Positions 42,649-53,132 are shown, counted from the stretch's first letter. The stretch: DNA of 64,000 bases from Cyanobium sp. (GCA_007135755.1 SLIG01000007.1:17466-81465); one strand, 5' to 3'. A program made the numbers and translations. Notes: generated from the letters alone by a model not told the origin.

Positions 42649-43848
42649 TTAAGCCACCAGCTGCAGCACCCCCTGCTCCAGGAGCCGGCGTGCCCGCTGG
42701 CAGCGCTCGCGTGCCTCCAGGGGCAAGGACAGATCGCCCAGGGGGCACTGGGGAGCCGCTTCAGCGGCCCGCACCAGCTCCAGATCCTGCTCGTCGATGG
42801 TCAGCGGCATCAGGTCGGGCCCCAGCAAAGCCGTGGAGGGCCAGCCCCACAGACAGCGGTTGCGCTCGCCCCGGGCAGCCAGCAGAGAACCGTCGTCGTC
42901 CCACTGCTGGCGTCGCAGTGGTCCCTTGGCGAGGAAGAACTCAAAGTGGCTGATGTCGGGATCGAGATCCTCCACCAGGCTCCAGCGTTCCAGCTCCGGC
43001 AGTTCCAGGGCCCGCTCCAGCAGTTCGCCGCTCAACAGCCGGGCCGGGTTCCACACCTGGGGATTGGAGAAGCCGGCGAACTCCAGATCGGCAGCGGCCA
43101 CGAAGGCCATCAGCCGGCTGATGCTGTAGCTGCTCTCCTGGGGATGGAGGTACATGTCGGCGAAATTGGCGTCCGCCGCGGTGTCCAGGGCCCAGCGCTG
43201 CTCGTGGTGGCGGCGCAGACGGTTGTTCTCCGGCAGCTCACTGAACAATTGCCTGCCGAGCCGCAGGCCCTCGTCATCCGAGCCCACGCCCAGACGGCTG
43301 AGGCTGCGCTGAACGCGGTGAATCTCCCAGCGGCCCCCGTCTGCATACAGAAACAGATGCAGCAGTCCCCCAGGCGCCAGCAGGTCGGCCAGGGCCCGCA
43401 GGCCGGCCTGGGGCTCGCGCAGATGGTGCAGAACGCCCACCGAATTGATGTAGTCGAAGGGGCCCTCGGCGGCCAGATCCAGCAGGCTGTGCTGCTCGAT
43501 GCGCAGCTGGGCCACGTGCCCGGCAGCCCCCGAGCGGCGGGTGCGTTCACGGGCCACCTGCAGGGCCCCGGCACTGATGTCCACCGCCAGCACCATTGCC
43601 CCCGGGTTGAGGTGGCAGAGGTAGTCGGTGCTCACCCCGGTGCCGCAGCCTGCATCAAGAATCCGCCAGGGTCGCGGCCCCCCCGGCGGAGGCGGCGGCA
43701 GCGCCCCGGTGCAGAAGGAGCGGACGCTGTCCACGCACCACCGCCAGTTGTAGCCAGGAGGTGGCCCATCCTGCAGGGGATCGGCCGGGTAGGGGAAGCG
43801 GTCGTAGAAGGCGCTCACCACCGGAGTGGCGGCATCGCTGGCGGACAC
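42649..43848 (-). CDS. Class I SAM-dependent methyltransferase with extended C-terminal domain
   Basis: ILDAGCGTGVSTDYL (motif I) and ...INSVGVLHHL.... 399 aa. Confidence 0.75.
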   Translation of the reverse strand: MSASDAATPVVSAFYDRFPYPADPLQDGPPPGYNWRWCVDSVRSFCTGALPPPPPGGPRPWRILDAGCGTGVSTDYLCHLNPGAMVLAVDISAGALQVARERTRRSGAAGHVAQLRIEQHSLLDLAAEGPFDYINSVGVLHHLREPQAGLRALADLLAPGGLLHLFLYADGGRWEIHRVQRSLSRLGVGSDDEGLRLGRQLFSELPENNRLRRHHEQRWALDTAADANFADMYLHPQESSYSISRLMAFVAAADLEFAGFSNPQVWNPARLLSGELLERALELPELERWSLVEDLDPDISHFEFFLAKGPLRRQQWDDDGSLLAARGERNRCLWGWPSTALLGPDLMPLTIDEQDLELVRAAEAAPQCPLGDLSLPLEARERCQRARRLLEQGVLQLVA

Positions 43849-43973
43849 GGCTGTGGGGTCGCTGCAGGGAGCATTTCACGCCGGCGGTGCCGACGCTGCA
43901 AATATTTGTTCATGGGCTCCCGGGGCCCTGAGGGGGCAGCCGTAGGTTGACCCAGCCCGGTTCGCTCTCGTCC

Positions 43974-46900
43974 ATGACCGTGACCGCCAGCAGCGGCAGC
44001 ACCAGGGTTGCTCCCCAGCGCTACGACACACTGCCGCTGTCCAGCGTCCGTCAGGCAGAACAGGAAGACCGCTTCCCCGACGGAGGGGAACTGGACAGCC
44101 TGATCACGTTTTTCCAGAGCGGTCAGCGGCGCGTGGAAGCCGCCCGGCGGATCACGGCCAACGCCGAGTTCATCGTGGCCAGGGCCGCCAACCGGATCTT
44201 CACGGGCGGCACACCGCTGTCCTACCTCGACGCACCGCTGACGCCGGCCAGTGGCGCCGAGGGCACCCCGCTGGCGGCCGATCAGGCGGCCTTCCGTCGC
44301 TCGGTGCAGACCTTTGTGGGCGAGGCAGGCACCAGCGAGGGCCGCGGGAACCTGATCCGGCGGCTGCTGGATGGCGCCGGTGGCGACGCCGACGTGCGGG
44401 TGATTCTGCCCCCGGGGTTCAGCCCCATCGCCGTAAGCCTCTATGGCACGGCGCGGATGAAGAAGTCGATCCGCGACCTGGCCTGGTTCCTGCGCTACGT
44501 CGGCTACGCCCTTGTGGCCGGCGATCCCAGCATCCTTGCGGTGAACACCCGTGGCCTGCGGGACGTGCTGGAGAAAGCCTGCTCCCTGGCCGCCACCAAC
44601 GTGGCCCTGCAGGAAATGCGGGCGGCCGCGGCAGGTCTGTTCAAGGAGGAGCCAGAGACGAGGTCGCTGGTGATCCAGTACTTCAATGTGCTGATCGCCG
44701 AGTTGGCGGTGGCCACGCCGTCCGCCCGCCAGCGGCTGGGCAGTCCCCTGAACCAGGGCCTGCAGCTGCCTGCCACCTACGCCCTTGGGGCCCAGGGCAA
44801 GGCGCAGCGCTTCAACATGAAGCCGGGCATGAGCGGTGCCCAGAAGGCCCAGGTGGTGCGTGCCGCCTACCGGCAGGTGTTCGAGAGGGACATCGTCAAG
44901 GGCTACAGCCTGGAGGTGTGCCCGGTGGAAGCCACCCAGGTGCGCCAGGGTCAGATCTCCATGCGCGAGTTCATCCGTGCCCTGGGCCGCAGCAAGGAAT
45001 ATCAGAAGCAGTTCTACGGCCGTTTCTCCAACAGCCGCGCCGTGGAACTGGCCTTCCGTCACTTTCTCGGAAGGGGCATCAGTTCGCGGGAGGAATTCAC
45101 CCGTTACTTCGACATCGTCAGCGAGCAGGGGCTGGCGGGTCTGGTTGATTCGCTGGTGAACTCAATGGAGTACGCCAGGGTGTTCGGGGAGGAAACCGTG
45201 CCCTTCCTGCGCGACCTCGGCGAGGAGGCCCAGGAGAGCGCCGGCTGGGGCAGCAACCGCAAACTGTTCCGCTTCAGCGCCCCGTTCGAGGGGGCACCGC
45301 AGTACGTCACGCTCTACGCCTCCTACCGTCAGCCCCTGGCCGACCAACACGTCTACGGCGGCGGGAATGACCCCCTGGGCCTCACCTATGGCGCCATCTT
45401 CCCTTCGGCCACGGCGATGGTCTCCACCAGGCCCGCGCCGTTCAGCTACGACACCCGCCGGATTCTGATCGGCAACGGCCTGGCCCAGCCCGGCCAGATG
45501 GACAGCGCCCAGTTCCGCCAGGCCAGCCCCCGCAAGGTGGGGCCCCGGGTCGTGCGGCTGCGGCAGATCGCCACCGGAGGCAGTTCCGTGCCCCGCCGCG
45601 GTGGCCAGCCCAGCGTGCGCAACACCGAGAGCAGCACCCAGGCCGTGATCAATGCGGTGTACGTGCAGGTTCTGGGCACGTCCGGCTACGCCGGAGAGCG
45701 CAACAAGGTGGAGGAGATCAAGCTGGAGAACGGCGACATCAGCTTGAGGGAATTTGTTCGTCAGGTGGCACGCAGCAAGGCATTCCGCCGTCGTTACTGG
45801 AGCGGCCTCTACATCACCAAGGCCATCGAGGTGATGCACCGCCGCCTGCTCGGCCGGCCCACCTTTGGCCGCTGGGAGATCGACGCCTACTTCGACACTG
45901 CCGCCCGCAAGGGGTTCTACGGGGTCGTCGACCGGATGCTCGAGAGCCAGGAATACAACGACTGCTTCGGGGAAGACACCGTTCCCTTCGAGCGCTTCGT
46001 CACCCCGGCCGATCGCAATGCCCGTAAGGTCCCGGCCCTCAACCGGGGCTTTGACGCCAGCCGGTTCATCGATCCACGACCCCGCCAGCGCCCTGAGGCC
46101 CAGGCCGATCAGACCCTGCGCACCACCGCCGACATCACCCCCCGCAACCTGCCCGATCGGCGCACGGTGGTGCGTGGGCTGTGGACCGCCAAGGTCGCCG
46201 GTGGGGAACGCCCGGCGACCGCCGGCGTCACCAGGAGCAGCGGCCCCGGCAGCATTCGCACCAGCCCGCTGCCCAGCCGGCGTTGGCAGGCCGACGATGC
46301 AGCTGGGTTCTGGCGAACCCCCGGGGGGAATGGTGTCCAGCCAGCAGCCGCGCCCTCCGTTGGCGGCTGGACCAAAGCGCTGAGCACCAACCTGGCCGCC
46401 ACTCCGGCGCGGCAGCCCGGGGCGGCCATGGCCGAGGCCCTGCAGACGAGCCGTCCCCAGGGTTTTGCCCGACGCCAGAGCCTCGGCCCGGCGATTCAGG
46501 TGGGCCGCACAACCAGTGAAACGGATGTGCAGACTGCCATCGAGGCGGTGTACCGGCAATTGCTCAACCGGGTGCCGCTGGCGGCCGAGCGGCTCAGCGA
46601 CAGCGAGTCGCAGTTCCGCAACGGTCAGCTCACGGTGGCCGAATTCGTGGCCGTGGTGGCGGCCAGTGATCTGTTCCAGCAACGGCTCAACCGCCTGGCA
46701 CCCCTGCGCGCCGCCGCTGCTGCTCACCTGGCCCTGCTGGGCAGAGCCGCCCAGCCAGCCGAATCGAGCCGGTTCCTGGCCCTGCGCACCAGCCGAGGGC
46801 TGCCGGCGGCGATCGAGGATCTGCTCAACAGCTCCGACTACGCCTCCGCCTTCGCTCAGGACACGGTGCCCTACGTGCGTGGCCTGGCCACCAGTGATGG

Positions 46901-46985
46901 CGTGCCCCTGGTCACAGTGAATCGCACGGCCGCCCTCTATGGCGGTAACGCCGGTCTGACGCCCTCCCCGAAGGGAGCGATCTGA
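43974..46985 (+). CDS. apcE: Phycobilisome core-membrane linker ApcE (LCM), three REP domains
   Basis: N-terminal phycobiliprotein-like domain (...FFQSGQRRVEAARRITANAEFIVARAANRIF...), then three linker REP repeats starting near AYRQVFERDI, VINAVYVQVLG and AIEAVYRQLLNR. Confidence 0.93.
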   Translation: MTVTASSGSTRVAPQRYDTLPLSSVRQAEQEDRFPDGGELDSLITFFQSGQRRVEAARRITANAEFIVARAANRIFTGGTPLSYLDAPLTPASGAEGTPLAADQAAFRRSVQTFVGEAGTSEGRGNLIRRLLDGAGGDADVRVILPPGFSPIAVSLYGTARMKKSIRDLAWFLRYVGYALVAGDPSILAVNTRGLRDVLEKACSLAATNVALQEMRAAAAGLFKEEPETRSLVIQYFNVLIAELAVATPSARQRLGSPLNQGLQLPATYALGAQGKAQRFNMKPGMSGAQKAQVVRAAYRQVFERDIVKGYSLEVCPVEATQVRQGQISMREFIRALGRSKEYQKQFYGRFSNSRAVELAFRHFLGRGISSREEFTRYFDIVSEQGLAGLVDSLVNSMEYARVFGEETVPFLRDLGEEAQESAGWGSNRKLFRFSAPFEGAPQYVTLYASYRQPLADQHVYGGGNDPLGLTYGAIFPSATAMVSTRPAPFSYDTRRILIGNGLAQPGQMDSAQFRQASPRKVGPRVVRLRQIATGGSSVPRRGGQPSVRNTESSTQAVINAVYVQVLGTSGYAGERNKVEEIKLENGDISLREFVRQVARSKAFRRRYWSGLYITKAIEVMHRRLLGRPTFGRWEIDAYFDTAARKGFYGVVDRMLESQEYNDCFGEDTVPFERFVTPADRNARKVPALNRGFDASRFIDPRPRQRPEAQADQTLRTTADITPRNLPDRRTVVRGLWTAKVAGGERPATAGVTRSSGPGSIRTSPLPSRRWQADDAAGFWRTPGGNGVQPAAAPSVGGWTKALSTNLAATPARQPGAAMAEALQTSRPQGFARRQSLGPAIQVGRTTSETDVQTAIEAVYRQLLNRVPLAAERLSDSESQFRNGQLTVAEFVAVVAASDLFQQRLNRLAPLRAAAAAHLALLGRAAQPAESSRFLALRTSRGLPAAIEDLLNSSDYASAFAQDTVPYVRGLATSDGVPLVTVNRTAALYGGNAGLTPSPKGAI

Positions 46986-47013
46986 AGCCTCACGCCCAGG
47001 CCTACACCCATGG

Positions 47014-47041
47014 ACGCCCGCCACTTGGCGGGCGTTATTTT
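47014..47041 (+). terminator. Rho-independent terminator after apcE
   Basis: ACGCCCGCC-ACTT-GGCGGGCGT perfect 9-bp stem followed by TATTTT. Confidence 0.8.
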
Positions 47042-47324
47042 GCAGCAGCTGTTTGCAGCCTGATCAGATAGCAATCCAGGGCTATTAAACACACCCAGCG
47101 GTTAACTTCCGTGAACCGCTGAAGCTATGAACAGCACCGCCCAGACCCATTGGGCCGCAAGGGATCTAGCGAAAGCGACGGCCGTGAAGAACTGTTACCA
47201 CCCCAGGGGAAGGGTCGCGGCGCTGGCACAGAATGCCTGAGCGACCGACGCCGTCGGTCACACCCAAACACTCACCGGATACCGGTCTCCGTCAAGGCGA
47301 CCGCTTGTTTCGAGGCAGAACTGC

Positions 47325-47810
47325 ATGAGCATCGTCTCCAACTCGATCATCAACGCGGACGCCGAAGCCCGCTATCTCAGCCCTGGCGAACTTGACCAGA
47401 TCAAGTCGTTTGTGGCCGCTGGCCAGCGCCGGGTGCGCGTCGCCCAGGTGCTCAGCGAGAGCCGCGAGCGCATCGTCAAGAGCGCTGGCGCCGCCCTGTT
47501 CCAGCGTCGTCCCGACGTGATTTCCCCCGGTGGCAACGCCTACGGCGAGGAAATGACTGCCACCTGCCTGCGGGACATGGATTACTACCTGCGCCTTGTC
47601 ACCTACGGCGTCGTTGCCGGTGACGTCACCCCCATCGAAGAGATCGGCGTGATCGGTGCCAAGGAGATGTACCGCGCACTCGGCACTCCCTTGGATGCCA
47701 TGGCTGAGGCCGTGCGGGAAATGAAGAATGCCGCCATGGGCCTGCTCACCGGTGCCGACGCTGAAGAAGCCGGCTTCTACTTCGACTACATCGTCGGCGC
47801 CCTCTCCTGA
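47325..47810 (+). CDS. apcA: Allophycocyanin alpha subunit
   Basis: [30 protein letters not shown]...[19 protein letters not shown]. Confidence 0.96.
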   Translation: MSIVSNSIINADAEARYLSPGELDQIKSFVAAGQRRVRVAQVLSESRERIVKSAGAALFQRRPDVISPGGNAYGEEMTATCLRDMDYYLRLVTYGVVAGDVTPIEEIGVIGAKEMYRALGTPLDAMAEAVREMKNAAMGLLTGADAEEAGFYFDYIVGALS

Positions 47811-47852
47811 GGCCACGTCCCTTCCCATCCCACCGCCCCAACCGAAGGATTC

Positions 47853-48341
47853 ATGCAAGACGCCATCACCAACGTCATCAACCAGGCCGACGTTCAGGGG
47901 CTCTACCTGGACGGCTCCGCCATGGGCCGGCTGGAGCAGTACTTCGCCAGTGGTGAGCTTCGGGTTCGAGCAGCCGCCGCGATCAGCTCCAACGCCTCGG
48001 CCATCATCAAGGAAGCCGTCGCCAAGTCGCTGCTCTACTCGGACATCACCCGTCCGGGCGGCAACATGTACACCACCCGCCGGTATGCGGCCTGCATCCG
48101 CGATCTCGACTACTACCTGCGCTACGCCACCTACGCCATGCTCGCGGGTGATACCTCGATCCTCGATGAGCGCGTGCTGAACGGCCTCAAGGAGACCTAC
48201 AACTCCCTGGGTGTGCCCATCGGTGCCACGGTGCAGTCGATCCAGGCCATGAAGGAAGTCACCGCTTCTCTGGTGGGTCCCGACGCCGGCCGCGAAATGG
48301 CTGTGTATTTCGACTACATCTGCTCCGGCCTGGGCAACTGA
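47853..48341 (+). CDS. apcB: Allophycocyanin beta subunit
   Basis: [31 protein letters not shown]...[23 protein letters not shown]. Confidence 0.96.
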   Translation: MQDAITNVINQADVQGLYLDGSAMGRLEQYFASGELRVRAAAAISSNASAIIKEAVAKSLLYSDITRPGGNMYTTRRYAACIRDLDYYLRYATYAMLAGDTSILDERVLNGLKETYNSLGVPIGATVQSIQAMKEVTASLVGPDAGREMAVYFDYICSGLGN

Positions 48342-48374
48342 TCCGGTCCCCAGCCCATCCATCGGATCCTTGCC

Positions 48375-48575
48375 ATGCGTCTGTTCAAGATCACAGCCTG
48401 CATTCCTTCACCGGAAAAAACCCGCACCCAGCGCGAGTTGCAGAACACCTTCTTCACCAAGTGGGTGCCCTATGAGAGTTGGTTTGCTGAACAGCAGCGG
48501 ATCATGAAACAGGGCGGCAAGATCCTGAAGGTGGAACTGGCCACCGGGCGTCCCCAGGTGAACGTGGGCAACTGA
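48375..48575 (+). CDS. apcC: Phycobilisome small core linker LC7.8
   Basis: 66 aa. MRLFKITACIPSPEKTRTQRELQNTFFTKWVPYESWFAEQQRIMKQGGKILKVELATG. Confidence 0.93.
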   Translation: MRLFKITACIPSPEKTRTQRELQNTFFTKWVPYESWFAEQQRIMKQGGKILKVELATGRPQVNVGN

Positions 48576-48666
48576 ACGACTGGCGATCGAGCCTCTCGTT
48601 TACCCCAGTTCACCACTCCCCGCATCACTCCCCTCGGGCCCTGCCAGCGCAACCCGTGCGCACGCC

Positions 48667-48691
48667 GCCCGGCCCATGGCCGGGCTTTTTT
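48667..48691 (+). terminator. Rho-independent terminator after apcABC
   Basis: GCCCGGCC-CAT-GGCCGGGC perfect 8-bp stem followed by TTTTTT. Confidence 0.8.
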
Positions 48692-48794
48692 GTTGACCAG
48701 CCTGCCGCCGGACGCCAGCCCCGCGGGACTCGACAAGCCCACCCCCGGCGCGGCTCAATGAGGGAGCAATCCCTGCCCCTCGGCCCCAGGCACC

Positions 48795-50045
48795 TTGAGC
48801 ATCACCGTTCTGCGCCCGACCGATCAGCGCCCCGGGGATCGGAGAACGAACCCGCGGGCTCCGAACGGGGGCCGGCTTGCCGCATCCCTGCGGGGCCTGC
48901 TGCCCTGGCCCTGGGAAGCCTGGCCCACCGAGGCCAGGCTTCTGCTCGGCCTCGTGGGACTGTGGTGCGCCCTCGGGGTGCTGGTGCTCGCCTCCGCCAG
49001 CTGGTGGGTTGCCGAGCGGGAGATGGGCGACGGGGCCTACTACCTCAAGCGCCAGCTGATCTGGATGACAGCCAGCTGGGGGCTGCTGTTGCTGGGCGTG
49101 CGCATTCCCATGCGCCGCTGGCTGCACCTGGCCCCTATGGCCCTGCTGGTGGGCTGCCTGCTGGTGGCGGCCACGCTGGTGATGGGCAGCACGGTGAACG
49201 GGGCCAGCCGCTGGCTTGTGCTGGGGCCCCTGCAGCTGCAGCCCTCCGAACTGGTGAAACCGTTCGTGGTGCTCCAGGGGGCCGCCCTGTTCGCCCACTG
49301 GCAGCGCATCGGCCTCGACCAGAAGCTGCTCTGGCTGGGGGTGTTCGGGGCCTTGATCCTGATGATCCTCAAGCAGCCCAACCTCAGCACCGCCGCGCTC
49401 ACCGGGCTGCTGCTGTGGCTGATGGCCCTGGCGGCGGGGCTGGGGCTGCCCCTGCTGCTGGGCGCCGCCACGGCCGGCGGCCTGCTGGGGGCGGCGAGCA
49501 TCACGCTCAACACCTATCAGCGCCTGCGGGTGGTGTCGTTCCTGGATCCCTGGCGTGATGCCCAGGGGGATGGCTACCAGCTGGTGCAGAGCCTGCTGGC
49601 CATCGGCTCGGGGGGCGTGTTCGGCGAAGGCTTCGGCCTCTCCACCCAGAAATTGCAATACCTGCCGATCCAGAGCACGGATTTCATCTTCGCCGTGTTC
49701 GCCGAGGAGTTCGGCTTCGTGGGGTCGGTGGCGCTGCTGCTGTTCCTGCTGCTGTTCGGCTTTGTAGGGCTGCGGGTGGCCCTGAGTTGTCGCAGCAACC
49801 AGCAGCGGCTCGTCGCCATGGGCTGCACCACCCTGCTGGTGGGCCAGTCGATCCTGAACATCGCCGTGGCCAGTGGCGCCATGCCCACCACCGGCCTGCC
49901 TCTGCCGATGATCAGCTACGGCGGCAACTCCCTGATGGCCAGCCTGCTGATCTGCGGCCTGCTGATCCGTTGCGCGCTGGAATCCGGCGGTCTGGTTCCC
50001 ATCAGCCGCGTCAGCAGCCGGCGCCGCCCCGTCCCCGCCCGATAG
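48795..50045 (+). CDS. ftsW: FtsW/RodA/SpoVE-family peptidoglycan glycosyltransferase
   Basis: 416 aa, about 10 TM. QPSELVKP, GDGYQLVQSLLAIGSGGVFGEGFG, TDFIFAVFAEEFGF and GLPLPMISYGGNS. TTG start. Confidence 0.88.
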   Translation: MSITVLRPTDQRPGDRRTNPRAPNGGRLAASLRGLLPWPWEAWPTEARLLLGLVGLWCALGVLVLASASWWVAEREMGDGAYYLKRQLIWMTASWGLLLLGVRIPMRRWLHLAPMALLVGCLLVAATLVMGSTVNGASRWLVLGPLQLQPSELVKPFVVLQGAALFAHWQRIGLDQKLLWLGVFGALILMILKQPNLSTAALTGLLLWLMALAAGLGLPLLLGAATAGGLLGAASITLNTYQRLRVVSFLDPWRDAQGDGYQLVQSLLAIGSGGVFGEGFGLSTQKLQYLPIQSTDFIFAVFAEEFGFVGSVALLLFLLLFGFVGLRVALSCRSNQQRLVAMGCTTLLVGQSILNIAVASGAMPTTGLPLPMISYGGNSLMASLLICGLLIRCALESGGLVPISRVSSRRRPVPAR

Positions 50046-50054
50046 GGTGTGTGA

Positions 50055-50921
50055 ATGAGCACAATCGGGTTGGCACTCTCCAGCTGGCCTCCAGCCAACG
50101 GGTCCCTGGCCACTTTGTCCCTGGCCAACTCCCTGGCCAACTCAGTGGCCAACTCAGTGGCCAACCTGTCCCTGGTCGTCAGCGATCTGGCCCAGCAGAG
50201 TGAAGTCCTCCTGCAGCGGTCGCTGAGCGCACCCGGCCCCGGCACGCTGGCCCTGGTGTTCGGAGGAGGACTGCTCACCAGCCTGGGCCCCTGCTCGCTG
50301 TCGTTGCTGCCGGTGACCCTGGCCTACCTGGCCGGGTTCGGAGCTGACGAGGGCGGTGGCGACCATGGCGCCGGCCGTGCCCTGAGCCCCGCCACCACCC
50401 CCTGGCTGCGCAGCCTCTGCTTCGCTGGCGGCATCGTCAGCGCCCTGGTGCTGCTGGGCCTGGCCAGCGGGCTACTGGGCCGCCTCTACGGCCAGTTACC
50501 CGGCCTGATTCCCACCCTGGTGGCGGTCCTGGCCCTGGCCATGGGGCTCAACCTGCTGGGGCTGCTGCGGCTGCCCCTGCCGGCCGGCCCCGATCCAGAG
50601 CGCTGGCGGCAGCGGGTGCCGGCGCCCCTGGGCCCCCTGACAGCCGGTCTGGCCTTCGGACTGGCGGCCACGCCCTGCACCACACCGGTGCTGGCCGTGC
50701 TGCTGGGCTGGATGGCCCAGACTGGCCAACCCCTGGCCGGCATGCTCCTGCTCACCTGCTTCGGTGCCGGACAGGTACTTCCCCTGCTCGTGGCCGGCAC
50801 CGCCGCCGCCAGCCTGCCCAGCCTGCTGCGCCTGCGGCAGGTTGGGCAGTGGGTACCCCCCATCAGTGGGGCGGTACTGGTGGGCACGGGCCTGCTCACC
50901 CTGGTGGCCAACTGGTCGTGA
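50055..50921 (+). CDS. ccdA: Cytochrome c biogenesis thiol-disulfide transporter CcdA
   Basis: [25 protein letters not shown] and [17 protein letters not shown], the two conserved Cys-containing helices. The N-terminal extension contains a tandem repeat. Confidence 0.85.
   Translation: MSTIGLALSSWPPANGSLATLSLANSLANSVANSVANLSLVVSDLAQQSEVLLQRSLSAPGPGTLALVFGGGLLTSLGPCSLSLLPVTLAYLAGFGADEGGGDHGAGRALSPATTPWLRSLCFAGGIVSALVLLGLASGLLGRLYGQLPGLIPTLVAVLALAMGLNLLGLLRLPLPAGPDPERWRQRVPAPLGPLTAGLAFGLAATPCTTPVLAVLLGWMAQTGQPLAGMLLLTCFGAGQVLPLLVAGTAAASLPSLLRLRQVGQWVPPISGAVLVGTGLLTLVANWS
50121..50168 (+). repeat. In-frame 12-bp tandem repeat x4 inside the ccdA 5' region
   Basis: ctggccaactcc / ctggccaactca / gtggccaactca / gtggccaacctg, encoding [16 protein letters not shown]. 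Confidence 0.9.
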
Positions 50922-52246
50922 CCATCCCGGCATCCAGGACAATCAACCGGCTGGCGGGCTGGATCTCGGATCTGCGGGTGGCCATCGGCCTGCTGGTGGT
51001 GATCGCCGTCGCCAGCGGCGTGGGGACAGTGATCCCCCAGAAGGAGCCCGAAGGCCTCTACCACCAGCTCTACGACAACCAGCCCTGGCTGGGGTTGCTG
51101 AACGCCGATCGGCTGCTCGATCTGCAGCTCGACCACGTGTATTCGAGCTCCTGGTTTCTGGGGCTGCTGGCCTGGCTGGGGCTGTCGCTGCTTCTGTGCA
51201 GCTGGAGGCGGCAGTGGCCGGCCCTGCAGGCGGCACTGCGCTGGATCGACTACCGCTCGCCGCGCCAGCTCAGCAAGATGAGCGTGGCCCAGTCCCTGCA
51301 CGCTGACGACTCCAGCGCCAGCCTGGCCCATCTGGAGCAGCTGCTGCGGCAGCAGGGCTGGCAGGTGCGCCGCCACCCCGACCGCCTGGCGGCCCGCCGT
51401 GGGCTGCTGGGCCGCGTGGGCCCGTTGCTGGTGCACGCCGGGCTGGTGGTGCTGCTGGTGGGTGCCGCCTGGGGGGTGCTGGGCGGGCAGCGGGCCGAGC
51501 AGTTTCTGGCCCCCGGCCGCAGCCTCGACCTGATCGACAGTCGCGGCCACAGCCAACTCGTGCTGGCCCTCGACTCCTTCGCCGTGGAACGCGACCCGGC
51601 CGGACGGCCGGAGCAGTTCCGCTCCCAGCTGCGGCTGCTGGAGGGGTCGGGAGACGACACCCCAGCCCTGCTGCGCCAGGCCGAGATCAGCGTCAACCAC
51701 CCCTTGCGCTTCCGCGGCGTGACCCTCTACCAGGCCGACTGGAGCCTGGCGGCGATCAGCGTGCAGCTGGGCCGAAGCCCGCTGCTGCAGTTGCCGCTGC
51801 AGTCCTTCCCCCAGCTGGGCGAGCAGGTGTGGGGGCTGGTGATGCCAACCCGCCCGGACGGCAGCGATCCCGTGCTGCTCAGCCTGGGGAGCGAACAGGG
51901 CCCCGTGGACGTCTACGGCGCCGACGGCCGTCTGATCGGCTCGCTCGCAGTAGGGGGCGAACCCCTGGAGGTCAATGGCCTGCCGCTGCGGGTCGGGTCG
52001 GTGCTGCCGGCCAGCGGCATCCTGCTCAAGCGAGACCCGGGAGTGCCTCTGGTGTATGCGGGCTTTGCCATCGCCATGGTGGGCGGAGCCCTGAGCCTGC
52101 TGGCCACCCGCCAGCTCTGGGCAATTGCCGAAGACACCCCGTCCAGCAGCCGGCTGCACGTGGCCGGGCTGTGCAACCGCAACCTCACGGCCTTCGCCAC
52201 CGAGCTGCCCCTGCTGCTCAGCAGGGTTGCCGCTGGCCGTGACTGA
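50918..52246 (+). CDS. ccs1: Cytochrome c biogenesis protein Ccs1/ResB (CcsB)
   Basis: GTG overlaps the ccdA stop (GTGA). [32 protein letters not shown]-terminus and the classic ccdA-ccs1 pairing. Confidence 0.85.
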   Translation: MTIPASRTINRLAGWISDLRVAIGLLVVIAVASGVGTVIPQKEPEGLYHQLYDNQPWLGLLNADRLLDLQLDHVYSSSWFLGLLAWLGLSLLLCSWRRQWPALQAALRWIDYRSPRQLSKMSVAQSLHADDSSASLAHLEQLLRQQGWQVRRHPDRLAARRGLLGRVGPLLVHAGLVVLLVGAAWGVLGGQRAEQFLAPGRSLDLIDSRGHSQLVLALDSFAVERDPAGRPEQFRSQLRLLEGSGDDTPALLRQAEISVNHPLRFRGVTLYQADWSLAAISVQLGRSPLLQLPLQSFPQLGEQVWGLVMPTRPDGSDPVLLSLGSEQGPVDVYGADGRLIGSLAVGGEPLEVNGLPLRVGSVLPASGILLKRDPGVPLVYAGFAIAMVGGALSLLATRQLWAIAEDTPSSSRLHVAGLCNRNLTAFATELPLLLSRVAAGRD

Positions 52247-52622
52247 CCCGCACCACGGTGTGCACATTGCCCCGGGGATTGAAGTCGGCCTCCAGCTGCA
52301 TCCATTGCGGCTCACAGGCGGCCACGAAGTCGTCGAGGATGCGGTTGGCGGCCTCCTCGTGGCAAATGGCGCGGTTGCGGTAGCTGTTCACGTAGAGCTT
52401 GATCGCCTTCAGCTCCATCACCCGGGGGCCGGGTTGATAAAGCAGGCGGAGGGTGGCGAAATCGGGATAGCCGGAAAAGGGACACAGGCAGGTGAACTCC
52501 GGCAGGCTGATGGCGATCTCGTAGCTGCGGCCCGGCCGGGGATTCTCGAAACAGATGAGTTCCGCTGCGGCGATCGCCCTCTCTCCATAGCGGGGCGTAC
52601 GGGTCTGATCAGGGGACGACAT
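52218..52622 (-). CDS. queF: NADPH-dependent 7-cyano-7-deazaguanine (preQ0) reductase
   Basis: 134 aa. [17 protein letters not shown] and HEEAANRI are typical of type I QueF. The 3' end overlaps convergent ccs1 by 29 nt. Confidence 0.88.
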   Translation of the reverse strand: MSSPDQTRTPRYGERAIAAAELICFENPRPGRSYEIAISLPEFTCLCPFSGYPDFATLRLLYQPGPRVMELKAIKLYVNSYRNRAICHEEAANRILDDFVAACEPQWMQLEADFNPRGNVHTVVRVSHGQRQPC

Positions 52623-52671
52623 GGAGGTGTGGCCGGGGCTGGGGGGATCCTATGGAGGGTCCCGGACAGCC

Positions 52672-52685
52672 GTAACAACCGCTAC
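52672..52685 (+). promoter_or_regulatory. Candidate NtcA binding site upstream of glnB
   Basis: GTAACAACCGCTAC is an exact GTA-N8-TAC, about 110 nt upstream of the glnB ATG. I could not identify a convincing -10 box about 22 nt downstream. Confidence 0.45.
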
Positions 52686-52748
52686 GACAACCCCCGATCA
52701 GCTCAGGTCTGATGGTCCTCGTTCCGGCCCCAGGCCGGGACGCTCTGA

Positions 52749-53130
<382 letters not shown>

Positions 53131-53132
<2 letters not shown>

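Noticed and set aside
45162-47024. 620-aa - strand ORF antisense to apcE. Similar cases: 43815-45062 (-), 28602-30218 (-), 30969-32474 (-), 32514-33872 (-), 48600-49658 (-), 50486-52315 (-), 54424-55881 (-), 60747-61997 (+).
   Set aside because: All lie opposite or out of frame to genes with strong homology-type motifs. They encode Gly/Ala/Arg/Pro/His-rich low-complexity strings and would require near-complete gene overlap. They are high-GC artefacts.
50121-50168. Short tandem repeats considered as a possible CRISPR or mini-array
   Set aside because: The repeat unit is 12 bp with no spacers, it is in frame inside ccdA, and no cas genes are present. It is a coding microsatellite-like repeat, not a CRISPR.
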